DNA of 64,000 bases from Cyanobacteria bacterium P01_A01_bin.123 (GTDB lineage Bacteria > Cyanobacteriota > Cyanobacteriia > Phormidesmidales > Phormidesmidaceae): NCBI GenBank assembly GCA_039815185.1, contig JBCBZT010000007.1:149403-213402 (forward strand), given 5' to 3'. Numbering within the stretch: position 1 is the stretch's first letter; each line of letters begins with the position of its first letter. Position numbers and translations under genes: made by a program. Shown here one piece after another: positions 10,508-21,415 of this stretch. A model generated the notes under the pieces. That model made no database searches. It saw only the letters and a program-made list of their open reading frames with translations, and was not told the DNA's origin.

Positions 10508-11120
10508 CCTTAATGACCCAGCTGATTGTTTTCACTATCCTAGGGGTCGAATCGCGTCTAGTCGTCCGTAGGCATCAGCTCTTTTGAGAGATGCCATCAC
10601 TTATTTGCAGTAGTTTTGGCAACAGTTGATAAGGACAGCCAATAGATGATTGAAATGGAATTGACTCATATTCAGTAGTTGCACCCTATTCAGGCAAAAA
10701 TACTGGGCGATTTCTACTGTCCAGCACTTGAGCTATTGCTCAAATCCTTTGCCCTAACGTGCGATGGCCTCGACTTGCATCCAAACTATCGACCAGTTTA
10801 TCAATATCTAATTAAGTAATTTTTTATACAAATAATTGGTATTGATACAGACTTTTTACTCAAGTTTCAACAGCGATGCTTTGCATGCAACGTCTTTTTA
10901 CTCATTAGCTAACTCCTGTAAAAATCCTTTGGAAGTCTTTTATATAAAGCTCTGAAGGGTTTGAATAGTGCTCTTTGGACATAATGACTTGACTGATTCA
11001 GTATGTATCAGTGTCATTCGAGCATACTTAAGTGTCAGTGTATCTATGGAATTAAGTGTTTCTTTGTTTGCTCCGTGTATGACTGGGAACGCTAAGGTCG
11101 TCGCATTCAAAACCTCGCTA

Positions 11121-11558
11121 ATGACCCGCCCTCAAATCTTGAAATCCATTTTGACAAAAGCAGGTGTCTCACTCTTCACGAGTCTATTAGCTTTTTCCCC
11201 CGCAGCGATCGCAGGCACAGGTACCAGCGTTGATTCTGTATTCGAGCGTATTACCGTTCGTGATGGTAGTTTTAGTGCCGAATATACTGACTATCTCGCA
11301 ACGCCTCTAAGAATTAGAGAAGCTGTTGTTTCTCTACCCGAAGGAGTAGAGGGCTCCATTGATGGAATTTTTATCATCGATGAATTGGGTCGGTTAGCTT
11401 ACGGTTGTATGGATATTCCGGTTGTTAATGGAACCGACATTTTTCAGGCTTGTGGCTGGGCAGCTTACCTTCATTCTGGTGAAGTCACCTACCAAATTGA
11501 GGGAAGCAACTTTTCTGCTGATGCTTCTGAGTTCGTTCTCAGTATTGAACTGAATTAA
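11121..11558 (+). CDS. Hypothetical secreted protein
   Basis: ORF with signal-peptide-like segment (LFTSLLAFSPAAIA); start uncertain (ORF track begins at 10968). Confidence 0.55.
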   Translation: MTRPQILKSILTKAGVSLFTSLLAFSPAAIAGTGTSVDSVFERITVRDGSFSAEYTDYLATPLRIREAVVSLPEGVEGSIDGIFIIDELGRLAYGCMDIPVVNGTDIFQACGWAAYLHSGEVTYQIEGSNFSADASEFVLSIELN

Positions 11559-13981
11559 TTCTTCAAATGCGTATCAAGCCAGTGAGTCATTTCCCATAAG
11601 ACATGGCTGACTGCTTCGCGAGATCGATAGACATGACCCTCTGCGGGCAGCTCTACCCAGCGTACAGTTCCCCCCAGTCCTTGCAAAGCGTCGTAGAGAC
11701 GTTCACTTTGGAGCGGATACGTCCCTGAATTTGCATCCTCTTCGCCATGAATCAGCAGCAGCGGTTCATTAATCTGGGCAGCTTGGGCAAATGGTGACAT
11801 TTGAATGTAGACCTGTGGAGTCTCCCAAAAGGTGCGTTGTTCCCCCTGGAAACCAAAGGGCGTAAGCGTGCGGTTGTAAGCTCCGCTGTTGGCAATCCCA
11901 GCGTTAAATAAATCGGTGTAGGCTAACAAATTAGCAGCGGTAAAGGCTCCATAGGAATGACCCCCAATTGCAATCTGTCCTGGATTGCTGATACCCCGCT
12001 CCACCAAGTAGTTTACGGCGGCTTGAGCGCTGGCTGTCAGCTGCTCGATATAGGTATCGTTGGGTTCTGTGTCTCCTTCGCCAATGATGGGCATTGTCGG
12101 GTTTCTCAGCAGGGCATAGCCTTGGGTCAGTAGAAATAGCGGTGAGTAGCCGTAGGGGCGGCTGAAAACGTTTTCGGCGGCAGTGACTTGGGCAGCAGCA
12201 TCCCGGCTTTTGAATTCTCGGGGATAGACCCACATGACGGTAGGGATAGGCCCGTTTTGGGCTGGATTATGATTGGGTGGCAAGTACAGTGTGGCGGAAA
12301 GTTCGACACCGTCATTGCGGCGGTAGCGCACCACCTCTCGCGTCACACCTTCGAACCAGGGCAGGGGATCGGTGAAGTGGGTCAAGGGTTCTGCCTGATT
12401 TGCAGTTAAATCTCGCTGCCAGTAGTTAGGTGGCTCGGTGGGAGATTGGCGGAAGGTCATCAGTTGTTCGCCCGAGTTATTCCAAAGTAAGATTACCCGC
12501 TCATAGTGGGGATCGGCTGACTGCCACAAGCGCTCGACCTCATTTGTGGGCAGCTGCCATCGATCCAGGAAAGGATAAACGCCCTCTGGAGAAGCGCCTC
12601 GTCCTTTTAGGTACAACCCTTCACCATCCGGAGTCAGCAGTAGCGTATAGCGATGGTAGGGGCCAGGTGCGGTAATGGGTTGGCCGGGGTTGTTGTAGCT
12701 ATCCTGTATATCCCTTTGATTGAGTAAAACAGGAGCTGTGTCTGGGGCAGCAGGGTTGAGTTGCCAGGTCCGTAGCTGTCGGGAGTTGCGCCAATACTCT
12801 TGCCCTAGGGCTAACGAATCATGTCCCCATAAAATTTGCCTAAATCGTAACTCGGTAGTCCAGAGTCGTTGGGGGTCATTTGTGGTGAACGGGGCATCGA
12901 GCTGGTAAACCGCATCCCGTTGGTCAGCAGGTTGCCCTGCATCCCCATCATCTAAGGCTTCTATCCAGTAGAGCGTTGCCGGGCGATCGGCTCGCCAGCG
13001 CACGATGCGCCGTCCCGTGCGAACTGATCCAAACGCAATCGGTACGTCATCGGCTAAAGGTAAATCCGCCACTTGAAACTGTTCATGGCCGGCTAAACTC
13101 ATGACTGTAATTCGCTGCGCAAATCGACTCACAGGCACCTGATAAGAGAAGGGACGCTGAAAGGTGGTGAGGACGAACCACTCGCCATCAGGGGAGGGAC
13201 GGGCGGATGAGATTAACTGGGGTGCGACGATAGGGATCCGTTCGCCATTCAGCGTCACCTGCTCCAGCACTGAAGTCAGGTAGTACTCGAAGAGGGCTTC
13301 GTCGTAGGGGTTTTGTAGCAAGTTTGTGTAAGTCCGTTGGGGCGTCTGACGGCCCAAATTTTCTTCGACTCGGGGGCCGCTAGGGATGTTCGGCGCTGCT
13401 GGTGGTGCGGGCTGATCCTCTGGAATCAATTTGCACAGTAGTCCGGCAGTCTCACTAATCCATTGACAGGGTTGACCATAGGTACCATTGAGCCGAGGCG
13501 GCGTCAGGTCAAGCGCAAGGCCAGTCTTAGCATCGGCGACCCATAATGCAATGCCATTAGGCTGGGTCAGGGTAAACGCTAAGGCGTTGCCTTGGGGTGA
13601 CCACTGCACATTACGGATTTGAGCATGCTCTGGTAGTGCGATGGGTCGGAGGTTGCCGGTTTCTAGATCTTGCAGCGTCATGCTCTGGAAGCCAGACGTT
13701 GCAGCAGGGCCGCGAGTCATTGGATTTAACTGGATACCAGCAATTTGTACGCGAGGCTGGGCTAAAAGCTCAATGGGAGGTAGCGTCGGTCGGTCTAATT
13801 GCACCATCCATTGACGGTTTGGCGATACAATCACCTCTGGAAACCAGGGGACATCCAGCATCTCACTAATTGGCTCAGGCGCATCTTGCCAGGTTGCCTG
13901 AGCAGTTGATGGAATGATCATGAGGCTGGTAAGGCTAAGGGTGAACCCCAAAACGAAATGCAAGAGAAAACGGATCTTCAT
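11555..13981 (-). CDS. S9 family (prolyl oligopeptidase-like, glutamyl endopeptidase-type) peptidase with signal peptide
   Basis: GGHSYGAF nucleophile motif, SGAYNRTLTPFGFQ, LLIHGEEDANSGT, EGH. Confidence 0.9.
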   Translation of the reverse strand: MKIRFLLHFVLGFTLSLTSLMIIPSTAQATWQDAPEPISEMLDVPWFPEVIVSPNRQWMVQLDRPTLPPIELLAQPRVQIAGIQLNPMTRGPAATSGFQSMTLQDLETGNLRPIALPEHAQIRNVQWSPQGNALAFTLTQPNGIALWVADAKTGLALDLTPPRLNGTYGQPCQWISETAGLLCKLIPEDQPAPPAAPNIPSGPRVEENLGRQTPQRTYTNLLQNPYDEALFEYYLTSVLEQVTLNGERIPIVAPQLISSARPSPDGEWFVLTTFQRPFSYQVPVSRFAQRITVMSLAGHEQFQVADLPLADDVPIAFGSVRTGRRIVRWRADRPATLYWIEALDDGDAGQPADQRDAVYQLDAPFTTNDPQRLWTTELRFRQILWGHDSLALGQEYWRNSRQLRTWQLNPAAPDTAPVLLNQRDIQDSYNNPGQPITAPGPYHRYTLLLTPDGEGLYLKGRGASPEGVYPFLDRWQLPTNEVERLWQSADPHYERVILLWNNSGEQLMTFRQSPTEPPNYWQRDLTANQAEPLTHFTDPLPWFEGVTREVVRYRRNDGVELSATLYLPPNHNPAQNGPIPTVMWVYPREFKSRDAAAQVTAAENVFSRPYGYSPLFLLTQGYALLRNPTMPIIGEGDTEPNDTYIEQLTASAQAAVNYLVERGISNPGQIAIGGHSYGAFTAANLLAYTDLFNAGIANSGAYNRTLTPFGFQGEQRTFWETPQVYIQMSPFAQAAQINEPLLLIHGEEDANSGTYPLQSERLYDALQGLGGTVRWVELPAEGHVYRSREAVSHVLWEMTHWLDTHLKN

Positions 13982-14134
13982 GCGTTTAGGTTAAATCTGC
14001 GGTCGATGAGTGGAAATAGCTGCGATCGCAGTACTTTAGTTCACGACATCTCTCTGCGGAGATGGGTCATAAAGCCTGTAGGCCCTACCTCTTTAAGCCT
14101 AGAAATCTGAAATCTCTCTCGAATTGATTCCAGG

Positions 14135-14536
14135 TTAAGAGACATCATTGCCCAAGGCGATCGCGATCTTGGGAAAGTGATTCAGCAGCTTTTTATCAGC
14201 TGTCACAAGTGAGGTTTTCAACTGGATTGCCAGCGCGATGAATTCACAATCATACGCAGAACAATGACTGTTCTCGACGAGACGCAGCACATCAAAGGAA
14301 GCCACTTCAAATTCGCGATCGGATAATAGCATTTCCGCTTCTGATTGGATGGCATAGGCTTGATCAAAAGTTAATAGACGCTTGCGAATATAAAGTGCTA
14401 ACACATTGCGGAGTTCACTTCGCCAGAGGAGCGGGGCCGCCCACTCAGGATGTTTGACTAAAAGACGCTCTGCATCGACAGTTTGATTGGTCGGCAGATA
14501 AAGATAAGCGACAACATTGGTATCGACGACAATCAT
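14135..14536 (-). CDS. vapC: VapC-family PIN-domain toxin
   Basis: IVVDTNV, SAYDCEFIALA, LVTADKKL; overlaps the antitoxin stop codon. Confidence 0.9.
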   Translation of the reverse strand: MIVVDTNVVAYLYLPTNQTVDAERLLVKHPEWAAPLLWRSELRNVLALYIRKRLLTFDQAYAIQSEAEMLLSDREFEVASFDVLRLVENSHCSAYDCEFIALAIQLKTSLVTADKKLLNHFPKIAIALGNDVS

Positions 14537-14778
14537 GGGCGACCCTGCTCAATCGCATCGATAATGTCCTCAGGTTTAAACTTTCCAGATGGTAAAGGGC
14601 TTCTGAGTTGGCGGGCACGGGTAAGTCGCTCTTCACCCGTAACTCGCGCAGACAGTAGTGTCCTTTCTAAGCAAGCAATCACCTCGCTATTAATACTGCG
14701 GTGATTGGCTTGGGCAGCTACTTTGAGACGGGCATAAATCTCGTCAGGTATATTCTTGAGCGTAATCGTAATTGTCAT
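14533..14778 (-). CDS. Arc/FitA-like ribbon-helix-helix antitoxin
   Basis: ITLKNIPDEIYARLKVAAQANHRSINSE; coupled to vapC. Confidence 0.85.
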   Translation of the reverse strand: MTITITLKNIPDEIYARLKVAAQANHRSINSEVIACLERTLLSARVTGEERLTRARQLRSPLPSGKFKPEDIIDAIEQGRP

Positions 14779-14875
14779 ATAGCCACCAAAATGGTTCCAT
14801 AACGAAACCATTTTGGTGGACTAAAACGCAGTTGTCAATCAAGGGATTTGGCAACTCTGTCACCCGTTTAAAGGG

Positions 14876-16081
14876 CTAGCAGTCAGGTAGCTTATACTGT
14901 TCGACGATGCGTTTGGCATAGTCGGGAACATGCTCCTCCAGCTTTTCCGGGTAGTTGCGTTTGACGTAGAGATAGTTGCGAGTAAAGTGGGAATCGATTG
15001 AAAAGCGGGCGTATTCTAGTCCTTTGGGGCCAATTTTTTCGATCACCACCCCCATCAACTTGGCGGCCCACATCGGCAGGGTTACCCCTTTATCGTAGGC
15101 GGGGATGCTTTGCTGTACAGCCTGTTGGCGATTGCCGCTGCTGTCTACGGGCTGAGTGTCGAGTTGATCCATCACCAGGTCAAGCATGTCTTGACCGCGA
15201 TCGTTGCGCACCACAAGCCACTGCCAGCCAAAGGGAGCACCCATGTAGCCCACGACTAGATCGGCCAGGGAATTGACATAGTCAAAACAGCTCATGCAAG
15301 ATGGGGCAAAGACATCTTTGAGCTGATTGGTTTTGAGACCAAAGAAGGGCACGGTTTCTGTCGACCCGTCAGCGTGCTTAAAGTGAACTCGAAAATCTTG
15401 CATGAATTCGTAATGCACCACGGTTTCGGGGGAGCGACTGGTGGTCTCGAGAAACTTTTGCAACCCAGCGCGGGTGACGTTATCAACGCAGGGAGTGCCG
15501 AGTACATAGAGCTTTTCCAAGCCCAACTGCTGCTCGACGGCTCTTAGCGCTTGGATTTGGCACCCCACCCCAATCACCAGTAAGCGTTTGAGGCCGCACT
15601 GCTCAATCTGCTCTAACACGGACAAATTAGGCGATAGGGTTGGCTTGTTCACCCGCGCAGCTAGGATATCTTCGGGCGTGCGGGCAATGATCGGTTGCGG
15701 TTGAAACCGATCGGCTTCGGTGTTTTGGACGCAAACGACCCCTTCTACGACCCCACGGGTGAGCATTTCAATCGCAATCGTGCTGACGATGCCCGTCCAC
15801 TGTGCCCCTTCAATGGGGTCTTGCTTGCGAGCTGCGACCATGGTTTGCCGGACACCGAAGTACCAGTCTTCAGAATCATCTAGATTGCGGCTGCGACCAT
15901 GGGTTTGAGTTTCGAGTTGAGCGACCTGCTGATTGAGAAATGCGCAGGCATCTTTGACGTAGTGAATGTAATAGGTATCGCAAAGCCCGCACTCACTACA
16001 CAGCGCTTTGGCAGGACGACGAGCACCAGGCCGCAGGGCTTTGGCTTTTTGATGGGGCTGGGAAGGCTGCGCCAGGGTCAT
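14876..16081 (-). CDS. bciB: Ferredoxin-dependent 3,8-divinyl (proto)chlorophyllide 8-vinyl reductase (FrhB-like)
   Basis: CSECGLC, GAQWTGIVS, GVGCQIQALR, GTPCVDN, CMSCFDYVNSLADLVVGYMG; typical cyanobacterial BciB/CvrA sequence. Confidence 0.88.
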   Translation of the reverse strand: MTLAQPSQPHQKAKALRPGARRPAKALCSECGLCDTYYIHYVKDACAFLNQQVAQLETQTHGRSRNLDDSEDWYFGVRQTMVAARKQDPIEGAQWTGIVSTIAIEMLTRGVVEGVVCVQNTEADRFQPQPIIARTPEDILAARVNKPTLSPNLSVLEQIEQCGLKRLLVIGVGCQIQALRAVEQQLGLEKLYVLGTPCVDNVTRAGLQKFLETTSRSPETVVHYEFMQDFRVHFKHADGSTETVPFFGLKTNQLKDVFAPSCMSCFDYVNSLADLVVGYMGAPFGWQWLVVRNDRGQDMLDLVMDQLDTQPVDSSGNRQQAVQQSIPAYDKGVTLPMWAAKLMGVVIEKIGPKGLEYARFSIDSHFTRNYLYVKRNYPEKLEEHVPDYAKRIVEQYKLPDC

Positions 16082-16389
16082 GGTTATAGATTCAGTTACA
16101 GGAGCTTTGATCACCATACCGCAAGGCTTTTCTTCCTTGGGGAAGCGCTGAGGAAATGTAACGAAATGCTGCGATTGCAGTTTAAAGACTATCATCAGCT
16201 CTGGAAATTTAGCGCTAATCCGGTTTAGAGCCCCAAAAGCTGTGATTTCCCGCTAGTGGTGGCTGTGACCCCTTATGGCTACCAATCTGATTAAAATCAA
16301 TCAGGCTGAGGCACTGAAATCAGCCCGGAGACGGCGGATTGCTCCTAAACTAAATTAAACCTTCTCCGTAGTTGGCGCTCGAGTTAAAA

Positions 16390-16534
16390 ACTTAAGTTCT
16401 CAAATTGGATGTGGTTTATCTAAAACCTTGAGTTTAGGCTGCTTTAAGCCTTGTCCACATCCAGCTCTATGGTTTGCTTGTCGGGTCACAATATTCTAAG
16501 CCCTGACTCAAGTTCTCAAATTGGATATGGTTTA
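16390..16534. repeat. Imperfect 29-bp direct repeat (2 copies) in a divergent promoter region
   Basis: ACTYAAGTTCTCAAATTGGATRTGGTTTA at 16390-16418 and 16506-16534. Confidence 0.8.
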
Positions 16535-16607
16535 AATTTCCATTTTGCTGGGTTTATCACCACCCAATGCCCCATTTCTGCGTCTATCCTATGTAACCGA
16601 ATTGAAG

Positions 16608-18635
16608 ATGATTTGCTGTCTTAACCCAGACTGTGCCCAACCGATCAATTCAGACACTGCGGAAGTTTGCCAGCAATGTAACAGTGTCTTAATTCCGCTG
16701 TTGCGGGGGCGTTATCGGCCGATCAAGGTCTTGGGACGGGGCGGCTTTGGCAAAACTTATTTAGGTCAAGACAGCGATCGCCTCAATGCCTACTGTGTGA
16801 TCAAGCAATTTGCCCCCCAAACTCAGGGCACTAAGTCCTTTAGAAAAGCGATTGATCTGTTTCAACAGGAGGCTGAACGACTGCATCAGTTGGGGGAACA
16901 TCCCCAGATTCCGACCCTGCAAGCCTACTTTGAGCACGATGGCTTTCTTTATCTGGTGCAGCAGATGATTGAGGGCAAAACCCTCCTGCAAGAGGTGCGA
17001 CGCAGTGGCACATTTGATGAAGATGCCCTGCGATCGCTGCTGATGGAGCTACTGCCTGTATTGCGGTTCATTCACGAACACAACATTGTTCACCGTGATG
17101 TCACCCCGTCTAATATTATTCTGCGCAAATTAGACGGCAAACCTGTGCTGATCGACTTTGGCGTGGCAAAACAGTTTAGTGAAACCCTCTCGCACGAACC
17201 GGGCACCCGGATTGGTACTGAAGGCTATGCTCCGATTGAGCAATTACGTGGTGGTCAGGCTTATCCTTGCAGTGACCTCTACAGTTTGGGGACAACTTGT
17301 CTACATTTGATCACTGGGGTCAAACCTGAAAAGCTCTATAGCCCGTTGGATGGGCGCTGGGTATGGCGCGAAGAGCTAGAAAAAGCAGGCAATCAACTCA
17401 ATCCCCAACTGGGTGATATCTTAGACAACTTGGTTAAAGATTTGCCGAGTGAACGCTACCAATCGGCCGAGCAAGTCTTAACCGCACTCCAGGCCATACC
17501 GTCGCGCCATGGTGTGGTTCCGGGCTGGGTACGTCAGCATCCCACTCGCCGGATTGCGGGTTCTTCACCGCCCTTGAGTGACCTTGAAGCACTGATCTCT
17601 CGGTCATCTCAATCATCTAGTCGACCGTCCAGTGGATCGGCCAGTGGATCGGCCAGTAGACCCTCCAGCCGTCCGTCTAGGAATTCCGGTGCTAACCCTT
17701 CAAAACCGCCGACTACTAACACTCGTGCAGCTAAGGTGCCGCGTCAGGGATGGCACTGTATTCAGACCCTCAGCAGTCATCAGTCTTGGGTGACTTCCGT
17801 AAGCTTTAACCCGAAGGTCCCGACCTTGGCCAGCGGTAGTCTGGACGACACTATTCGCTTGTGGAACTTGCAAACGGGGAAGTTGCTCGATACCCTCTCG
17901 GGGCATCGCCGGGGGGTCAATGAAGTGGTGATCAGTCCAGGGGGACAAGTTCTGGCGAGCTGCGGCGACGATGATTTGGTCAAGGTCTGGAACCTTTCGA
18001 CTGCGGCCAAACTACACACCTTGAAAGGCCACATGCGTGATGTCAACACCGTTGCGATCAGCGCCGGCGGCCTTTTGTTAGCCAGTGGCGGTGAAGACCG
18101 CACCATCATGCTGTGGAAGTTAGATAAAGGGAGTCTACTCAAAACCCTCAGGGGCTCAGCCGGAATCATTAAAACGTTGGTATTCCATCCCAATGAGCAA
18201 ATTTTGGTGAGCGGCGGTATGGACAATAAAGTTCGGATCTGGGATGTCCGCAAGGGAGAGATGGTACGGGCGTTATCGGGCCATTTGAATTCGATCAATC
18301 AGGTCGCCCTGAGTCGAGATGGCAAGTTAATCGTGAGCGCCAGTAAAGATCGCACGGTGCGACTTTGGAGCCTGGGGACAGGGTCATTGATTCAAACCCT
18401 GAGTGGTCATACCCAAGATGTGAACGGCGTTGCGATCGCGCCTGACAGCAAAATAATCGTTAGTGGTGGCCGTGACAGCAATGTCTGCGTGTGGGAAACT
18501 GTCAGCGGCAAGCTGCTGCATACCCTTTCAGACCATACCGCTGCCGTCAATTCGGTCGCGATTCACCGCAGCGGCAAACTAATTGCTAGCGCCAGTGCCG
18601 ATAAGACCATTAAAATTTGGCAGTGGTTTAAGTAG
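16608..18635 (+). CDS. Ser/Thr protein kinase with N-terminal 4-Cys prefix and C-terminal WD40 repeats
   Basis: CLNPDC...CQQC; LGRGGFGKTY, HRDVTPSN, DFG, GTEGYAPIE; seven GH...WD-like repeats. Confidence 0.93.
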   Translation: MICCLNPDCAQPINSDTAEVCQQCNSVLIPLLRGRYRPIKVLGRGGFGKTYLGQDSDRLNAYCVIKQFAPQTQGTKSFRKAIDLFQQEAERLHQLGEHPQIPTLQAYFEHDGFLYLVQQMIEGKTLLQEVRRSGTFDEDALRSLLMELLPVLRFIHEHNIVHRDVTPSNIILRKLDGKPVLIDFGVAKQFSETLSHEPGTRIGTEGYAPIEQLRGGQAYPCSDLYSLGTTCLHLITGVKPEKLYSPLDGRWVWREELEKAGNQLNPQLGDILDNLVKDLPSERYQSAEQVLTALQAIPSRHGVVPGWVRQHPTRRIAGSSPPLSDLEALISRSSQSSSRPSSGSASGSASRPSSRPSRNSGANPSKPPTTNTRAAKVPRQGWHCIQTLSSHQSWVTSVSFNPKVPTLASGSLDDTIRLWNLQTGKLLDTLSGHRRGVNEVVISPGGQVLASCGDDDLVKVWNLSTAAKLHTLKGHMRDVNTVAISAGGLLLASGGEDRTIMLWKLDKGSLLKTLRGSAGIIKTLVFHPNEQILVSGGMDNKVRIWDVRKGEMVRALSGHLNSINQVALSRDGKLIVSASKDRTVRLWSLGTGSLIQTLSGHTQDVNGVAIAPDSKIIVSGGRDSNVCVWETVSGKLLHTLSDHTAAVNSVAIHRSGKLIASASADKTIKIWQWFK

Positions 18636-18638
18636 GTT

Positions 18639-19460
18639 ATGCCAGAAGGGCCAGAAATTCGGCAGGCGGCGGATGCATTAGAACGGGCGATCGCGGGCCA
18701 ACCTGTAGACGCAATTTTCTTTGCTTTTGAGCATCTCAAACCCTATGAGGCCAAACTAACGGGCACTGCAGTAAGCCAGATCCAAACCTTTGGCAAGGCT
18801 TTGGTCACCTGTTTCGATAATGATCTGTGCATTTATAGCCACAACCAGCTTTACGGCAAGTGGATGATCCGCCAGGCTCATCACTATCCCAATACCAACC
18901 GCCAGCTGCGTCTCGCCATCCACACGGCCAAAAAATCAGCTCTACTCTACAGTGCTTCAGATATTGAGATTTGGCCCCAAGCTGAGATTGGTCATCACCC
19001 ATTTATTCGGAAGTTGGGCTTAGACGTGTTGGATATGAGCGTGATCGCGGCTGAGATCCGAGATCGCGCCCTGAGCCCGACCTTTCGCCGTCGTCGCTTA
19101 ACCGGACTGTTGCTCGACCAGGGCTTTTTGTGTGGGATCGGTAACTATCTGCGCAGCGAAATTTTGTTTGTAGGTGGCATCCATCCGACTTGCCGCCCTG
19201 TGGACTGTCAGCCTGAGCAGCTTGATCACCTGGCTGAAGCTGCGATCGCACTGCCACGCCAATCCTACGCCCACAGCGGCATCACTAACGATTTAGAGTT
19301 GGCAACCCTGTTGAAAAGCCAAGGTTACGCTCGGCGGCAATATCGTCACTGGGTCTTTGGTCGTCAAGGGCAGCCCTGTTTTCGCTGCGGGACGGCGATC
19401 GTCAAAGATAATACTGGGGGGCGGCGGGTTTATTTTTGTCCCACTTGCCAACAGGCATAA
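18639..19460 (+). CDS. nei: Endonuclease VIII (Fpg/Nei DNA glycosylase)
   Basis: N-terminal PEGPE, YSHNQLYG, H2TH LLDQ..GIGNYLRSEIL, C-terminal zinc finger CFRC...CPTCQ. Confidence 0.92.
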   Translation: MPEGPEIRQAADALERAIAGQPVDAIFFAFEHLKPYEAKLTGTAVSQIQTFGKALVTCFDNDLCIYSHNQLYGKWMIRQAHHYPNTNRQLRLAIHTAKKSALLYSASDIEIWPQAEIGHHPFIRKLGLDVLDMSVIAAEIRDRALSPTFRRRRLTGLLLDQGFLCGIGNYLRSEILFVGGIHPTCRPVDCQPEQLDHLAEAAIALPRQSYAHSGITNDLELATLLKSQGYARRQYRHWVFGRQGQPCFRCGTAIVKDNTGGRRVYFCPTCQQA

Positions 19461-19576
19461 TTTGGTTTCCAAGATGACATTGTGTTCAAATCCGTGTCTC
19501 ATATTGATGGCGAAATGTGTGAGTAAGCAGCCTATGCCAAGCTAGAATGATCCCGTTCGAGGTTGGATGCTCGCCC

Positions 19577-21067
19577 ATGACGACTGCCGCGCCAGCAAAA
19601 ACTCAGTATGAAGCCATTATTGGTTTAGAAACCCACTGTCAACTCAGCACTGAAACCAAAATCTTCTCGCCGAGTTCGACCCAGTTTGGGGCTGATCCGA
19701 ATACCTACATTGATCCCATTTGTATGGGGTTACCTGGGGTGTTGCCTGTCCTCAACCAAAAAGTGCTGGAGTATGCCGTTAAAGCGGGTCTTGCCCTCAA
19801 CTGTGAGATTGCACCCTACAGCAAATTCGATCGCAAGCAGTATTTTTACCCCGACCTGCCTAAAAACTATCAAATCTCCCAGTACGACTTGCCCATTGCA
19901 GAACACGGCTGGTTAGAAATTGAATTGGTGGAGGGTAAGGGTGAACCCATCCGTAAGCGCATCGGCATTACCCGCCTGCACATGGAAGAAGATGCTGGGA
20001 AGTTAGTGCATGCGGGTAGCGATCGCCTGGCTGGCTCCGCTTACTCCCTTGTAGACTACAACCGAGCTGGGGTTGCTCTGATTGAAATTGTCTCTGAACC
20101 TGATATGCGCTCAGGCCAAGAAGCTGCCGAATATGCTCAAGAACTGCGGCGGATCATGCGTTATCTCGGGGTAAGCGATGGCAATATGCAAGAAGGATCC
20201 CTCCGTTGCGATGTGAATATTTCTGTGCGGCCTGTCGGGCAGGCAAAATTTGGCACTAAGGTCGAAATCAAAAACATGAACTCCTTTAGTGCCATTCAAA
20301 AAGCGATCGATTATGAAATCGAACGGCAAATTGAAGCGGTGGAAAGTGGAGAGCCCATTTTTCAAGAGACGCGCTTATGGGAAGAAGGCAGTCAGCGCAC
20401 CATCAGTATGCGATTGAAAGAAGGTTCCAGCGACTATCGCTACTTCCCAGAGCCTGACCTACCGCCCATTGAAGTCTCCCTAGAGCAGCGAGAAGCTTGG
20501 AAAACTGAGCTGCCGGAATTACCTGCCCAGCGGCGATCGCGTTATGAAACAGCGCTTGATCTCTCTGCCTATGATGCCCGCGTCCTCACCGATGAACGGG
20601 TGATCGCCGATTTCTTTGAAGCTGCGGTTGCGGCCGGTGCTAATCCCAAAGCTGTGACTAACTTGATTACTCAAGATATCGCTGCCTACCTCAATAACGA
20701 GAAACTCAGCATCAATGACACTGCCCTGAAGCCTGAGATGCTGGCAGAGATGGTTCAAATGACTGACCAAGGCACCATCAGCACCAAGATTGCCAAAGAC
20801 CTGCTGCCTGAATTGTTGACCCAAGGCGGTTCTCCCAAAGCCATCGTGGCACAAAAAGGATTGAGTCAAATTTCTGATCCGGCAGCTTTAGCGGTTATCA
20901 TCGACGACATCATGGCGGCTCACCCTGATGAAGTGACCAAGTATCGAGGCGGCAAGAAAAAACTCCAGGGCTTTTTTGTCGGCCAAATTATGAAGCAAAC
21001 CAGCGGACGGGCTGACCCAAAATTAGCGAATCAATTGCTGGCTAAGAAGCTCAACCAATCTGGTTGA
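19577..21067 (+). CDS. gatB: Asp/Glu-tRNA(Asn/Gln) amidotransferase subunit B
   Basis: IGLETHCQL, FDRKQYFYPDLPKNYQISQ, HMEEDAGK, GSLRCDVNISVR, YRYFPEPDL. Confidence 0.98.
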   Translation: MTTAAPAKTQYEAIIGLETHCQLSTETKIFSPSSTQFGADPNTYIDPICMGLPGVLPVLNQKVLEYAVKAGLALNCEIAPYSKFDRKQYFYPDLPKNYQISQYDLPIAEHGWLEIELVEGKGEPIRKRIGITRLHMEEDAGKLVHAGSDRLAGSAYSLVDYNRAGVALIEIVSEPDMRSGQEAAEYAQELRRIMRYLGVSDGNMQEGSLRCDVNISVRPVGQAKFGTKVEIKNMNSFSAIQKAIDYEIERQIEAVESGEPIFQETRLWEEGSQRTISMRLKEGSSDYRYFPEPDLPPIEVSLEQREAWKTELPELPAQRRSRYETALDLSAYDARVLTDERVIADFFEAAVAAGANPKAVTNLITQDIAAYLNNEKLSINDTALKPEMLAEMVQMTDQGTISTKIAKDLLPELLTQGGSPKAIVAQKGLSQISDPAALAVIIDDIMAAHPDEVTKYRGGKKKLQGFFVGQIMKQTSGRADPKLANQLLAKKLNQSG

Positions 21068-21415
21068 GGTAATGTGATTGTAAAAAAGTCATGAAGCCTT
21101 AAAAAATATCGAATAGGGGGTTTCACCCCTCATCACATTTGTGGCATACTCTGTTATGTAGATGCACCCTGATGGTAGGGAGAGCTGCTTGCGGCTCTCC
21201 TTTTTTTTGTTTAAACGCTGTTGCCATCGAGATTTCCCATCCCAATACTCTGCAAACCAGCCTTTTGGCTCTCTATGCCCGCTCCCCTGCTTCCTCTGCT
21301 TGTCCCACCCCATGGCTTCATTGCCCGAATAGCATTGATCCCCCATTTCAATCCATAGTTTTCCCTAATGTTGCCGTGACGTAGAATACCTGTACTGGGT
21401 TCAGCGAGCGCATCC

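Noticed and set aside
16390..16534. CRISPR repeat pair
   Set aside because: Two copies with an 87-bp spacer; wrong geometry.
17629..17657. 12-bp tandem repeat CCAGTGGATCGG in the kinase gene
   Set aside because: In-frame duplication in a Ser-rich linker; unremarkable.
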